Of a stretch of DNA of 64,000 bases, positions 47,476 through 59,455 are shown one piece after another. The first letter of the stretch is position 1. Each line of letters opens with the position of its first letter. The notes beneath the pieces are model-generated. The model saw only the letters and a program-made list of their open reading frames with translations. It had not been told where the DNA came from and made no database searches. Origin of the DNA: Gaiellaceae bacterium (GTDB taxonomy: Bacteria; Actinomycetota; Thermoleophilia; Gaiellales; Gaiellaceae); the NCBI GenBank assembly GCA_035532535.1, contig DATKQT010000035.1:14460-78459 (forward strand), written 5' to 3'. The translations under genes and the position numbers were made by a program.

Positions 47476-48468
47476 TTGCGCGTCCTCGTCCTGGTCATCG
47501 TGCTCGCTCTGCCTGCGTCGGCCGCGGCAGGCATTCGCGTGAGCGGAAACCTTCTGGTGAACGACGCCGGCAAGACGGTGCGCCTGCTCGGCGTGAACCG
47601 GTCGGGCCTCGAGTACGCCTGCGTGCAGGGCTGGGGCTTTTCGGACGGGCCGGTCGACGCCGCGTCGATCTCGGCGATGAAGACGTGGGGGATCGACGCC
47701 GTCCGCGTGCCGCTGAACGAGGACTGCTGGCTCGGCATCAACGGCGTGAAGGCACAGTACGGCGGCGGCGCATACCGCTCGTTCGTGAAGGCGTTCGTCT
47801 CCAGGCTCAACGCCGCGGGCCTGACTGCGATCCTCGACCTGCACTGGAACGCGCCCGGGTCACAGCGCGCGACCGGCCAAGAGCAGATGCCCGACGCGGA
47901 CCACTCGCCCGCATTCTGGAGATCGGTGGCGCGCACGTTCCGCAGCAATCGGAACGTGATCTTCGACCTGTACAACGAGCCGCACGACGTCAGCTGGCGC
48001 TGCTGGCGCGACGGATGCGGGCAATGGGCGGGCATGCAGCGACTCGTGAACGCGGTGCGGTCGGCCGGGGGCATGCAGCCGCTCATGTTGGGCGGCCTTG
48101 CCTGGTCGAACGATCTCTCCGGTTGGCTGCGTTGGCGTCCCCGCGACCCGCTGCATCAGCTGATCGCCTCCTTCCACCTCTACAACTTTGCGACGTGCAA
48201 CACGGTGCCGTGCTGGAACACAACCGTGAAACCCGTCGCAGCTGTCGTCCCAGTCGTCACCGGCGAGCTGGGCGAGAACGACTGCGGGCACGGCTTCATC
48301 GACAGGTACATGCCGTGGGCCGACGCGATGGGAGTCTCCTACCTCGGCTGGACATGGGACACGTGGAACTGCAACAGCGGCCCCGCGCTGATCAGCGGCT
48401 ACGACGGCACGCCGACGGCGTTCGGCGCCGGGTTCCGCGCGCACCTTGCGTCATTGCAAGGTCGCTAG
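47476..48468 (+). CDS. Secreted glycoside hydrolase family 5 (endoglucanase-like)
   Basis: TTG start and a signal peptide. GVNRSGLEYA; acid/base VIFDLYNEPH; nucleophile VVTGELGE. Confidence 0.8.
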   Translation: MRVLVLVIVLALPASAAAGIRVSGNLLVNDAGKTVRLLGVNRSGLEYACVQGWGFSDGPVDAASISAMKTWGIDAVRVPLNEDCWLGINGVKAQYGGGAYRSFVKAFVSRLNAAGLTAILDLHWNAPGSQRATGQEQMPDADHSPAFWRSVARTFRSNRNVIFDLYNEPHDVSWRCWRDGCGQWAGMQRLVNAVRSAGGMQPLMLGGLAWSNDLSGWLRWRPRDPLHQLIASFHLYNFATCNTVPCWNTTVKPVAAVVPVVTGELGENDCGHGFIDRYMPWADAMGVSYLGWTWDTWNCNSGPALISGYDGTPTAFGAGFRAHLASLQGR

Positions 48469-49344
48469 CACCGCGGCCTCGTAGATCGGGTCGCGCGTGA
48501 AGCGGTCGAGCTCGTCCGAGAGGACGTCACTCGGTATCGGCGGGTCGCCAGGCGGGAACGGAGCGGGCTCTCCGTCGAGCTCGATCCCCACCAGCCGCTC
48601 GGCCTCGACGTGCTCGAGCTCGATGTCGTCACGACCGAGCCGCGAGCGCAGCCAGCCGGCGATGAGCAGCGCCTGCGCGTTCGTCCCGGTGACGCGGACG
48701 ACTCCGACACCGGCGATGTCGGGCCAGAGGGACGCGAGCAGCGTTCGCCAGCGCGACGTGCGCGCCCAGGCGATGTCGGAGACCGCGTCCCGGTCGAACA
48801 GCCCTGCCAGGTTCCGATAGGGAAACGGGAGGTCGTCCCACTCGGTCGAGTCGACGATGAGGCGATCGGTGACGCCGACGAGCTGGTCGAGCTCCTGCGC
48901 GCCCCACGGCGGCTCGCCGCGCCAACGGAGAAAGACGGGCAGGTCGGAGATGAGGAGCGGCTCGACGATGCTTGCCGGCGCCTTCGCGCGGAGACCCCGC
49001 AGCCGCAACTCGATCACCTCGGAGCACACCTCGCGCTCGACGCCGGGCACCGCGTAACACTCGAGCGACACGGTCGCGTCGATGCCCTCCGAGCCCGCGT
49101 TCGGCTCCGGCAGAAGCAGAATCGTGCGCGACGGATGCCGCTCGGCCATGCCGCTCAATGCCGAGCGCGCCCGATCGACCCATCCCTCGGGGACCCACGC
49201 AATGTGCGTCATGACGCTCGTGCGCAGGCTCGGCTGGCCGTCCTCGGTTGCAGTGGCGGCACGCAGCTGCGCGATCGCGCGGTCGACGTCGGCGAGCCGG
49301 ACGTCCGCGCCGGTCCAGCTCGATGCCGCTAATTCCGACGCCAT
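48451..49344 (-). CDS. opcA: Glucose-6-phosphate dehydrogenase assembly protein OpcA
   Basis: ORF trimmed to ATG 49344. SVMTHIAWVP, HPSRTILLLP, ISDLPVFLRWRGEPPW. It lies immediately downstream of zwf. Confidence 0.85.
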   Translation of the reverse strand: MASELAASSWTGADVRLADVDRAIAQLRAATATEDGQPSLRTSVMTHIAWVPEGWVDRARSALSGMAERHPSRTILLLPEPNAGSEGIDATVSLECYAVPGVEREVCSEVIELRLRGLRAKAPASIVEPLLISDLPVFLRWRGEPPWGAQELDQLVGVTDRLIVDSTEWDDLPFPYRNLAGLFDRDAVSDIAWARTSRWRTLLASLWPDIAGVGVVRVTGTNAQALLIAGWLRSRLGRDDIELEHVEAERLVGIELDGEPAPFPPGDPPIPSDVLSDELDRFTRDPIYEAAVLATLQ

Positions 49345-50845
49345 GACCGGCCGTCCCGCCGCAGCAACTCCTCGGAGCTCGGCGGCCCCCACGTCCCGGC
49401 GGCGTAATTCGGGAACGCCGGCCGGTCGCGTTGCCAGGCCGCAACGATCGCATCGACGAGGAGCCATTGCTCCTCCACCTCGTCGGAACGCGTGAACAGC
49501 GTCCCGTCGCCGAGCATCGTGTCGAGAATCAGGCGCTCGTACGCCTCCGGCATCCCCGTCCGGAACGCGCCGCCGTAGAGGAAGTCCATGTGCACGGTGC
49601 GGATCGTCATGCCCTGACCGGGGACCTTCGCGCCGATCGCGAGCGACACGCCTTCATCCGGCTGCACGTGCACGAGCAGGACGTTCGGGCGCAGCCCTTC
49701 CGCCGCGGTCTCCTCGAACGGCGGATGCGGCGCACGCTTGAACTGGATGGCGATCGTGGTCTCGCGTCGCGCGAGCCGCTTGCCCATGCGCACGTAGAAC
49801 GGCGTATCGGCCCACCGCCAGTTGTCGACGAAGAGCTTCGCGGCGACGAACGTCTCGGTCATCGAGTCGGATGCGACGTCCTGCTCCTCGCGGTACGCGG
49901 GAACCTCCTCGCCCTCGACGAAGCCTCGGCCGTACTGGCCGCGCACGACCGACTTCGGGCCGGGCGTGTGCAGCGCTTTCAGCACCTTCACCTTCTCGCT
50001 GTGCACGGAGTCGGACTTGAAGTCGATCGGCGGCTCCATCGCCGTGAGTGCGAGCAGCTGCAGCAGATGATTCTGGAAGATGTCGCGGATCGCGCCGGCG
50101 CTCTCGTAGTAGCCGGCGCGGCCTTCGATGCCGATCGACTCGGCGACCGTGATCTGGACGTGGTCGATGAACTGCCGGTTCCAGATCGGCTCGAACACGC
50201 CGTTGGCGAACCGCAGTGCCAGCATGTTCTGGACCGTCTCCTTGCCGAGGTAGTGGTCGATGCGGAAGATCTCGCTCTCGTCGAAGTGCGCCCAGAGCAT
50301 CGTGTTCAGCTCACGGGCCGACGCGAGATCGTGGCCGAACGGCTTCTCGACGATCAGCCGCGTCCAGCCGGTCGCGCTGCGGCGCTTTCCGAGCGCCTCG
50401 ACGATCGACGGGAACGCGGGCGGCGGCACGGCGAGGTAGTAGACGCGATTGCCACCGAGGTTGCACTCCCGGTCACAGCGTTCGACGAGCTCTTCGAGCT
50501 TCCCCTCGCCCCCCTCGTCGGCGAAGTCGGTCGCGGTGTAGTGCATGTTCGCCGCCAGCCCGTCCCACACGTCCTGCCTGAACGCATCGCGCGAATGCTG
50601 CTGGACTGCCTGCTTCATCTCCTCGCGCCAGGAGCCGTCGTCGCCCTCGGTTCGTGCGACGCCGATGATGGCGAAGCGGGGCGGCAGCAGTTGGCGGAAG
50701 GCGAGCGAGTACAGCGCCGGCATCAGCTTCTTGTGCGTGAGGTCGCCGGAGGCGCCGAAGATGACGAGCGCGCACGGATCCGGCGTGCGCCGGAAGGAGA
50801 GCCCCTCGAGGAGCGGGTTGTCGTGGTGCTGCGCGCTGGTCTCGC

Positions 50846-50849
<4 letters not shown>
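49329..50849 (-). CDS. zwf: Glucose-6-phosphate 1-dehydrogenase
   Basis: GTG 50849 overlaps the gnd stop (GTGA). VIFGASGDLTHKKL, IVEKPFGHDL, IFRIDHYLGKE. Confidence 0.95.
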
Positions 50850-51834
<985 letters not shown>

Positions 51835-51835
<1 letters not shown>

Positions 51836-53199
51836 CAGCTCTCCTCCATGTGGATGCGCGCGACACGGCGGCCGCGCTCCTTGAGCGACTCGAAGTCGCC
51901 GGCCGCCTGCGCGCGGATCAGCCGGCGGAAGCCGAACGGCTTGCCGGGAATCGCGAGCTCCTCGCCGCCGTCGTCGACGACCTGCAGGAAGAGGCCCGTG
52001 TTCGGGCCGCCCTTGTGCAGCTGCCCCGTGGAGTGGAGGTAGCGCGGGCCGTAGCCGTGCGTGACGACGCAGCCGGTGCGCGACCGGAGCTCGCCTGCGA
52101 TGCGCGCGATGAGGCGGTCGTGCTCCTCCGACGGCGCGACGAATGCCTGAACGCAGGCGTAGTCGCCCGCACGCGCCTGCGAGGCGAGCTCGTCGATCGA
52201 CCCCTCGGGCTCGAGCGACGGGTCGTGACCGGTCGCAAGGACGTCGTTCGTCTTGTCCTTTGCCGCCTGGACGTCGGGCTGGTCGAACGGATTGATCTCG
52301 AGCCACGTCGCAGCGACGGCGACCGCGAACTCCCAGCGGAAGAACTCGCCACCGAGCGTCGCCGCACCATCGAGATCGGGCACCACCCACTGACGGTCGG
52401 GGCCTTCCGGCGACTCGCCCGGCGCGGGCACGAGACCCTTGCCGAGCTTGCCGGTCGACTCGGCGATGAGCTGCTCCGCCCAGAGGCCGAAGCCGCCATC
52501 GGTGTCGGCGATGCAGATCTTGTCGCGCCCCTCGCTCCAGCCCGAGCCGAACCCGGCGCCGAGCGCGTAGCCGGGATTGCCCTCGTCGCTGCGGCAGCGC
52601 TCGGCCATGCGCTCCGCGCTCTCGAGCAGCGCGTCGACGTCGATCCCGACGAGCGCTGCGGGGACCATCCCGAACGGCGAGAGCGCGGAATAGCGGCCGC
52701 CGATCGTCGGCTCACCGTGAAAGACGCCGCGGAAGCTGCGCTCCTTCGCGAGTGCCTCGAGCTGCGAGCCGGGATCGGTGATCGCAACCCACTGCGCGCC
52801 GTTGCCGGTCTTCTTCCAGAAGTAGTCCGAGTGCGATCGGGTCTCGAGCGTCGAGCCCGACTTCGACGCGGATACGAAGAGCGTGCGCTCGAGATCGAGC
52901 TGCTCCTCGAGCGCGCGGATGGCCGTCGGATGCGTCGTGTCGAGCACGTGCAACGAGCGCGCGGAGTACGTGCGCCGTAGCACCTCGGGTGCAAGGCTCG
53001 AGCCTCCCATACCCAGGAGCACGACGGTGTCGAGGCCGTCATCCGTTGCCGCAGCGGCGAAGGAGCGGAGCTCCTCGACGCGTTCCCGCATGCGGCGCGG
53101 CTCGTCGAGCCAGCCGAGCCACTTCGCCTCGTCGGCTCCGGTCCAGACCGTCGGGTCGCGCTCCCAGATGCGGTCGATGAGGTCGGTGCGCTCTGTCAT
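51835..53199 (-). CDS. pgi: Glucose-6-phosphate isomerase (the type found fused to transaldolase in other bacteria)
   Basis: 454 aa. GMGGSSLAPEV, SKSGSTLET, GGRYSALS. Confidence 0.85.
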
Positions 53200-54312
53200 C
53201 TAGGCCGGGGCGAGCGCCTCGCGCTTCTCGGTCACGCCGGCGAGCAGCTCGGCGAACGAGTCGGCGAACTTCTGCACGCCCTCGAGCTCGAGCGTCTCGG
53301 TCACGTCGTCGTAGTCGACTCCGGCCGTCGCGAGGTCGTCGAGAAGCACGTGCGCCTTCTTGACACCCTTCATGACCGTGTCGCCGCGCACGTCGCCATG
53401 ATCCTGGAACGCGCTGATCGTCTCCTCCGGCATCGTGTTCACCGTCTCGGGACCGATCAGCTCCTCGACGTAGAGGACGTCGCGGTACGCAGGGTTCTTC
53501 GTCGAGGTGGACGCCCACAGGCAGCGCTGCGGGTTCGCGCCCTTGCCGGCGAGGAACTCCCAGCGCGGCCCGGAGAACGTCTCCCGATAGTGCTCGTACG
53601 CGAGCTTCGCGTTCGCGACCGCAAGCTTGCCGCGGAGGGCAAGTGCGTCCTTCGAGCCGATCGCGTCGAGGCGCTTGTCGGTCTCGGTGTCGACGCGCGA
53701 AACGAAGAAGCTCGCCACGGAGTAGACGCCCTTCGGGCTGCCTCCGCCGGCGACGAGACGCTCGAGCCCGCGGAGGTACGCCTCGGCCACCTCGGCGTAG
53801 CGCTGCAGGGAGAAGATCAGCGTCACGTTGATGTTCTTCCCATGCGCGACGCAGTCCTCGATCGCGCCGAGGCCGGGCTTCGTGGCCGGGATCTTCACGT
53901 ACAGGTTGGGACGGTCGAGCCAGGCGTGCAGGCGCATCGCCTCGGCGAAGGTCCCCTCACGGTCGTAGGCCAGCGTCGGGTCGACCTCCCACGAGACAAA
54001 GCCGTCGTAGCCGGTCTTCTCGTGGACGGGCGCGAGCAGGTCGAGGGCCGCTTCGACGTCGCGCGCCGAGAGCTGGAGGAAGATCTCCTTCGCATCGGCC
54101 TCCTGTTCGAGGAGCTGCTTGATCTGCTCGTCGTAACGGTGGCCGTGCGAGATCGCCTTCTGGAAGATCGTCGGGTTGGAGGTGACACCGACGACTGCGT
54201 CCTCGCGCATCATGCGCGCCAGCTCGCCCTCCTCGAGCATGTCGCGCGAGAGGTAGTCGATCCACACGGACTGGCCGCGCTTGGAGAGCTCGTCCAATTT
54301 CGAGTCAGCCAT
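53200..54312 (-). CDS. tal: Transaldolase
   Basis: 370 aa. GVTSNPTIF; Schiff-base Lys in YVKIPAT; NVTLIFS. Confidence 0.95.
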   Translation of the reverse strand: MADSKLDELSKRGQSVWIDYLSRDMLEEGELARMMREDAVVGVTSNPTIFQKAISHGHRYDEQIKQLLEQEADAKEIFLQLSARDVEAALDLLAPVHEKTGYDGFVSWEVDPTLAYDREGTFAEAMRLHAWLDRPNLYVKIPATKPGLGAIEDCVAHGKNINVTLIFSLQRYAEVAEAYLRGLERLVAGGGSPKGVYSVASFFVSRVDTETDKRLDAIGSKDALALRGKLAVANAKLAYEHYRETFSGPRWEFLAGKGANPQRCLWASTSTKNPAYRDVLYVEELIGPETVNTMPEETISAFQDHGDVRGDTVMKGVKKAHVLLDDLATAGVDYDDVTETLELEGVQKFADSFAELLAGVTEKREALAPA

Positions 54313-54763
54313 TCGCCATCGCCCTTTCCATTGCTTCGACTTTCTTCAGTCTCTCCACGTACCGGCCGGTGCCGATGAAGGTCGCCCCGAGGAAGATGCG
54401 CACGAGATCGGCGGCGAGACTCGGGCCGATCACCTCGGAGCCAAGGCACAGCACGTTCATGTCGTCGTGCTCGACGCCCTGGTGCGCGGAATATCCGTCG
54501 TGGCAGATCGCCGCGCGGATCCCGGCCATCTTGCAGGCCGCAACCGCAGCGCCGACACCGGAGCCACAGACGAGGACGGCGCGCTCGGCACGGCCGTCGA
54601 GGATCGCCTCGCCGGTCTCGCGCGCCTTGTCGGGATAGTCGATGCGTACGGCGTCGGTGTCGGTGCCGAGGTCGACGATCTCGTGGCCGTTGGCGCGGAG
54701 CGTCTCGAGGATCACGTCGCGTAGGTGGACGCCGCGATGGTCGAATGCCACTGCGACGTTCAC
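54305..54763 (-). CDS. rpiB: Ribose-5-phosphate isomerase B
   Basis: GTG 54763 overlaps the tkt stop (GTGA). VAFDHRG.., [22 protein letters not shown]. Confidence 0.9.
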   Translation of the reverse strand: MNVAVAFDHRGVHLRDVILETLRANGHEIVDLGTDTDAVRIDYPDKARETGEAILDGRAERAVLVCGSGVGAAVAACKMAGIRAAICHDGYSAHQGVEHDDMNVLCLGSEVIGPSLAADLVRIFLGATFIGTGRYVERLKKVEAMERAMANG

Positions 54764-56748
54764 GACACGCGTTCGCGCAGCGCGAGCGCACGCGCGACGA
54801 CGTTGTCGGCGGTGAAGCCGAACTTCTCCAGCACGACGTTGCCGGGGGCGGACGCGCCGAAGTGTTCGATCGAGATCGAGTCGCCTTCGTCGCCGACCCA
54901 CTGCTTCCACCCGAGCTTCACGCCCGCCTCGATCGAGACGCGCGCCTTGACGTCGGCAGGCAGGATCTCTTCGCGATAGTCCGCCGGCTGCGACTCGAAG
55001 AGTTCCCAGCACGGCATGGAGACGACCCGCGTCGGGACGTCGAGCTGCTTTGCCGCCTCAATCGCCACCGACACCTCGGAGCCTGTCGCGAGGAGGATCA
55101 GCTCGGGCGCGTCGTCGCTGTCGAGGACGACGTACGCACCGCGCGCGACGCCCTCGACGGTCGTCCCGTCCAGCGTCGGCACCTTCTGTCGCGTCAGCGC
55201 CATTCCAACGGGGCCGTCCTCACGCTCGAGCGCGACCTTCCACGCGCCGACGGTCTCGGTTGCGTCCGCGGGACGGATGAACCAGAAGTTTGGGATCGCC
55301 CGCAGCGACGCGTACTGCTCGATCGGCTGATGCGTCGGACCGTCTTCGCCGAGGCCGACGGAGTCGTGCGTCCACAGGAAGAGCGATTGCAGCTTCGACA
55401 GGGCCGCGAGGCGCACGGCGTTGCGCTGGTAGTCGCTGAAGATGAGGAACGTCGAGCTGTACGGCTTCAGCATCCCGTCATGCAGCGAGATGCCGTTGAC
55501 GATCGCGCCGCTCGCGAACTCACGGATGCCGAAAGCGATGTTGCGGCCGGCATGCGTCGCGCTGAAGAGGCCGCCGCCCTTGAACTCCGTCTTCGTCGAC
55601 TCGACGAGATCGGCCGCTCCGCCGACCATCGTCGGCGTGTACTGCTTGATCGCCTCCATCACCTTGGCGCCGACGTCGCGCGTCGCGAAGCCCTCGCCGG
55701 GCTCGAAATGCGGCAGCGCCTCCACCCACCCCGGCAGCGGCTTGCGGATCTGCGCCTGGTCCCAGCGCTCGCGCATGCCGGGGTACTTCGCCGACCAGGC
55801 GCTCAGCTTCTGCTGCCAAGCCCCCTCCAGTGCGATCCCGCGCTCGACCCCGTTCATGTGCGCAACGACTTCCTCTGGAACGAAGAACTTCTTGTCCGGG
55901 TCCCACCCGAGCGCCACCTTCGTCGCGCGGACTTCTTCCTCGCCGAGCGGCGATCCGTGCGCCTTTGCCGTGTCCATCGCGTGCGGCGCGGGATACGCGA
56001 TGTGCGAGTGGACGATGATGAGCGACGGCTTGGAGATCTCCGCCTGCGCGTTCGCGATCGTCTTGCGCAGCTCGCCGAGATTGTTGACGTCCTGCACGTG
56101 CTGCACGTGCCAGCCCTGCGCCTCGAAGCGGGCGCCGCGGTCCTCGGTGAACGAGATCCACGTCGTGCCGTCGATCGTGATGTGGTTGTCGTCGTAGAAA
56201 TAGATGAGCTTCCCGAGGCCAAGCGTTCCCGCGATCGACGCCGCCTCGTTCGAGACGCCCTCCATGAGATCGCCGTCGGAGCAGATGACGTACGTCCGGT
56301 GGTCGACGATCTCGTCGTAGGGCCGGTTGAAGAGCTCGGCGAGGAAGCGCTCGGCGATGCCGAAGCCGACGCCGTTCGCGAATCCCTGTCCCAGCGGCCC
56401 GGTCGTCGCCTCGATGCCGGGCGTGTGGTGCACCTCGGGATGGCCCGGCGTGAGCGACTCCCACTGCCGGAAGCGCTTCAGCTCCTCGAGCGAAAGGTTG
56501 TAGCCCGCGAGATGGAGCGCGGAGTATTGGAGGATGCACGCGTGGCCGGCTGAGAGGACGAACCGGTCACGGTCGGGCCACTGCGGGTTGGCCGGGTTGT
56601 GATCCATGACCTCCGTGTAGAGGAGGTAGGCGAGCGGAGCCAGCGCCATCGCGGTTCCCGGGTGCCCGGCGTTCGCCTGCTGGACGGAGTCCATGGCGAG
56701 CGTCCTCATGGTGTCGATCGAAAGCTGTTCGATGTCTGGCTTGGCCAC
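54760..56748 (-). CDS. tkt: Transketolase
   Basis: The 1063-aa ORF is trimmed to GTG 56748, with TATCGT 8 nt upstream. [35 protein letters not shown]. Confidence 0.95.
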   Translation of the reverse strand: MAKPDIEQLSIDTMRTLAMDSVQQANAGHPGTAMALAPLAYLLYTEVMDHNPANPQWPDRDRFVLSAGHACILQYSALHLAGYNLSLEELKRFRQWESLTPGHPEVHHTPGIEATTGPLGQGFANGVGFGIAERFLAELFNRPYDEIVDHRTYVICSDGDLMEGVSNEAASIAGTLGLGKLIYFYDDNHITIDGTTWISFTEDRGARFEAQGWHVQHVQDVNNLGELRKTIANAQAEISKPSLIIVHSHIAYPAPHAMDTAKAHGSPLGEEEVRATKVALGWDPDKKFFVPEEVVAHMNGVERGIALEGAWQQKLSAWSAKYPGMRERWDQAQIRKPLPGWVEALPHFEPGEGFATRDVGAKVMEAIKQYTPTMVGGAADLVESTKTEFKGGGLFSATHAGRNIAFGIREFASGAIVNGISLHDGMLKPYSSTFLIFSDYQRNAVRLAALSKLQSLFLWTHDSVGLGEDGPTHQPIEQYASLRAIPNFWFIRPADATETVGAWKVALEREDGPVGMALTRQKVPTLDGTTVEGVARGAYVVLDSDDAPELILLATGSEVSVAIEAAKQLDVPTRVVSMPCWELFESQPADYREEILPADVKARVSIEAGVKLGWKQWVGDEGDSISIEHFGASAPGNVVLEKFGFTADNVVARALALRERVS

Positions 56749-56787
56749 CGGGGGGAACGATATGCGCCGCACTACCCTTGGTGCTGC

Positions 56788-58665
56788 ATGGCCGTCGTGA
56801 TCGCCTCCAACCTCCGAAAGGAGCTCGCCGGGTCGTTCCTTTTCGACGGCGTCTCCTTCAGCGTCGAGCGGCGCGACCGCGTCGCGCTCTCCGGCCCGAA
56901 CGGCGCCGGGAAGACGACGCTGCTCCGCATCCTGGCCGGCGAGACCGAGAAGCACGGCGGCGAGCTCGCCTTCGAGAAGGGGACCCGGGTCGCTCTCCAC
57001 GATCAGCGGCCGCCGCTCGACCAGGAGCTGACCGTGCGGGAGTACGTCCTCTCCGGGGCACGCGACCTCGTCGCGCTCGAACGCGAGCTCGAGGAGCTCG
57101 AGCAGGCGATGGCGACCGGGACGCACGACCAGGCGACGTTGAACAGGTACGCGGAGGCGCAGGCGCGCCTCGAGCACGCGGGCGGGTACGGCTGGCGCGA
57201 CCGAGCAACCTCCGTACTCCGCGGCCTCGGCTTCGCCGACGCCGATCTCGACCGGCAGCTGCGCACGTTCTCGGGTGGCGAGCTGACGCGCGCCTCGCTG
57301 GCCCGCGCGCTCGGCGGCGACCCCGAGCTCCTGCTCCTGGACGAGCCGACCAACCACCTCGACGTCGCGAGCCTCGAGTGGCTGGAGCGTGAGCTGCAGT
57401 CGCTCGATGCAGCGGTGATCCTCGTCGCCCACGACCGCTGGTTCCTCGAAGCGGTGACGACTGCGACGCTCGAGCTCACGGCCGGCCGCGCCACCTTCTT
57501 CCCGGGCCCCTGGCACGTGTGGCGGCGCGAGAAGGCCGCCCGTGCGTTGCATGCGCAGAAGGAGGTCGCGCGCGCAACCGCGGACATCGCGCGGCTCGAG
57601 CGCTTCGTCGAACGCTTCCGGTACAAGAAGGACAAGGCGAAGCAGGCGCAGGCGAAGCTCACTCACATCGGCCGGCTCCAGCAGGAACGCTCGGTGGCGG
57701 CGGGCGAGGTCGCACTGTTGAGCCGACGCCAGCGAACGCTCGGCTTCGAGTTCCTCAAGCCCGCGCGCAGCGGACGAACCGTCGTCGAAGCTGACGGTGT
57801 CGAGCTGCGCATCGGCGAGCGCGTGCTTCTCCGCGACGCAACGTTCGCGCTCGAGCGCGGCGAGCACGTTGCGCTCGTGGGGCCGAACGGCTCCGGCAAG
57901 ACGACGCTGCTCGAGGCGATCGTGAACGAGCGTGGCATCCGGATCGGACACGGCGTGAAGATCGGATATTTCTCGCAGCAGGAGATGGAGCTCGACACGC
58001 GGGGGTCCGTGCTGCAGTGCGTCCAGACGATGACGGGCCTATCGCGCCCCGACGCGCAGACGCTCCTCGGACGCTTCCTCTTCTCCGGCTGGACCGAGCA
58101 CGAGAAGCCGGTCACCGTTCTCTCGGGCGGCGAGCGGCGGCGTCTTGCCCTGGCCGTCACGGTTGCGTCGGGCGCGAACTTCCTCGTGCTCGACGAGCCG
58201 ACGAACCATCTCGACCTGGACAGCCGCGAGGCGCTCGAGGCTGCGCTCGACGCGTTCCCGGGAACCGTGCTGCTCGTGTCGCACGACCGCGCACTCCTCG
58301 ACGCGATCGCCGAGCGGACGCTCGCGATCGAGGACGGCGAGCTGCACGGCTACGACGGCGGCTGGGCCGAGATGCTCCGCCGGCGCGACGAGCGGTCGGC
58401 GCGTGCCGTGGCACCCGAGCCAAAGCCCGGGAAGGCTCCGAAGGCAAAGGCGGCACCCAAGTCGCGGCCGCGGCCGGCGGAGCTCGATCGGATCGAGGCG
58501 GACATCGCGGCACGCGAGGCAGAGGTCGCGGAGCTGGAGGTGAAGCTCGCCGACAACTGGTCCGACGTCGACCTCCTGGCGGCACACAAGCTCGCGCGCG
58601 ATGCGCTCACGGCGCTACTGGAGCGGTGGGAGGCGCTTTTCGAAGCACAGACTGAGCGCGCGTAA
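56788..58665 (+). CDS. ABC-F family ATPase (two NBDs, C-terminal coiled coil; Uup/EttA-like)
   Basis: ATG 56788 with TACCCT 9 nt upstream. Walker A GPNGAGKTT and GPNGSGKTT; signatures FSGGELTRASLA and LSGGERRRLAL; no TM domain. Confidence 0.9.
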   Translation: MAVVIASNLRKELAGSFLFDGVSFSVERRDRVALSGPNGAGKTTLLRILAGETEKHGGELAFEKGTRVALHDQRPPLDQELTVREYVLSGARDLVALERELEELEQAMATGTHDQATLNRYAEAQARLEHAGGYGWRDRATSVLRGLGFADADLDRQLRTFSGGELTRASLARALGGDPELLLLDEPTNHLDVASLEWLERELQSLDAAVILVAHDRWFLEAVTTATLELTAGRATFFPGPWHVWRREKAARALHAQKEVARATADIARLERFVERFRYKKDKAKQAQAKLTHIGRLQQERSVAAGEVALLSRRQRTLGFEFLKPARSGRTVVEADGVELRIGERVLLRDATFALERGEHVALVGPNGSGKTTLLEAIVNERGIRIGHGVKIGYFSQQEMELDTRGSVLQCVQTMTGLSRPDAQTLLGRFLFSGWTEHEKPVTVLSGGERRRLALAVTVASGANFLVLDEPTNHLDLDSREALEAALDAFPGTVLLVSHDRALLDAIAERTLAIEDGELHGYDGGWAEMLRRRDERSARAVAPEPKPGKAPKAKAAPKSRPRPAELDRIEADIAAREAEVAELEVKLADNWSDVDLLAAHKLARDALTALLERWEALFEAQTERA

Positions 58666-59085
58666 ATCGTACGGCGGGTAGCACGGAATCCGCTCATACC
58701 CCGATGACTCGTACAGGCCAAGCGCTTCCGGCTGGCGGTCGCCGGTCTCGAGCACGAGACCGCGGTAGCCCAGCCGACGCGCCTCTGCCTCGAGGTCGAG
58801 GAGCACTCGCCGTCCGAGGCCGCGACCGCGCCGTTCCGGAACGACATACATGCGCTTCAACTCCGCGCGCTCGCCGTCGAAGCGCGCGATCCCGCCGCAC
58901 GCGACCGCAGCACCGTCGTCCTCGCGGATCACGAGAAAGACGCCGTCGGGCTCGACGAACATTGCCGCGTCCCGCGCCGGCCCGATGTCGGCCTCGCCGC
59001 TATAGAGACCGCGCATCTCCTCCTGCTGTGCACACGCGAGCGCCTGCACATCGGGGTGGTCGAACGGCTCAGGCCCAGAACGCAT
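58615..59085 (-). CDS. GNAT-family N-acetyltransferase
   Basis: ORF trimmed to ATG 59085. Acetyl-CoA loop RRGRGLGRRVL. C-terminal GYERIPCYPPY..CFEKRL. Confidence 0.8.
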   Translation of the reverse strand: MRSGPEPFDHPDVQALACAQQEEMRGLYSGEADIGPARDAAMFVEPDGVFLVIREDDGAAVACGGIARFDGERAELKRMYVVPERRGRGLGRRVLLDLEAEARRLGYRGLVLETGDRQPEALGLYESSGYERIPCYPPYDLRALSLCFEKRLPPLQ

Positions 59086-59455
59086 CGAACGCCGCGTCGA
59101 GCGGCACTGCCGTGACCTCGGCCAAACGTCCATCGGCGAAGCGGATGACGAGCGCCTGGTCGACGTCGAGGTCGATTCCGTTGCGGGTGCCGAACGCGCG
59201 ATAGACGGCGAGACCCCATTGATCGTCTGCCACCACCGTGTGCAAGCGACTGCGGTATGTCCCGTCAGTCTCCGTGCCGGTTCGCCGGAGGAACTCGACG
59301 ACCGCGCGCGGGCCGCGGTACTCGCCGCTCATGACCGTGTCGCCGGGGACACGCCAGACGACGTCACGCGTGAACGCGGCGGCGATGACCTTGGGATCGC
59401 GGCCGAACGCGTCGAACAACCTTCGCGTGAGCGCAGCATTCGGGTGCTCGCTCAA
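59069..59455 (-). CDS. SnoaL/NTF2-like fold protein
   Basis: 128 aa. NAALTRRLFDAF...VVWRVPGD..SGEYRGPRAVVEFL pattern. TTG start overlapping the pdtaR stop (TTGA). Confidence 0.7.
   Translation of the reverse strand: MSEHPNAALTRRLFDAFGRDPKVIAAAFTRDVVWRVPGDTVMSGEYRGPRAVVEFLRRTGTETDGTYRSRLHTVVADDQWGLAVYRAFGTRNGIDLDVDQALVIRFADGRLAEVTAVPLDAAFDAFWA

Noticed and set aside
56749-57951. The N-terminal 401 codons of the 1063-aa ORF that contains transketolase
   Set aside because: The extension is low-complexity and runs antisense through the well-supported ABC-F gene. Transketolase homology begins at [15 protein letters not shown], and GTG 56748 has a TATCGT hexamer 8 nt upstream.
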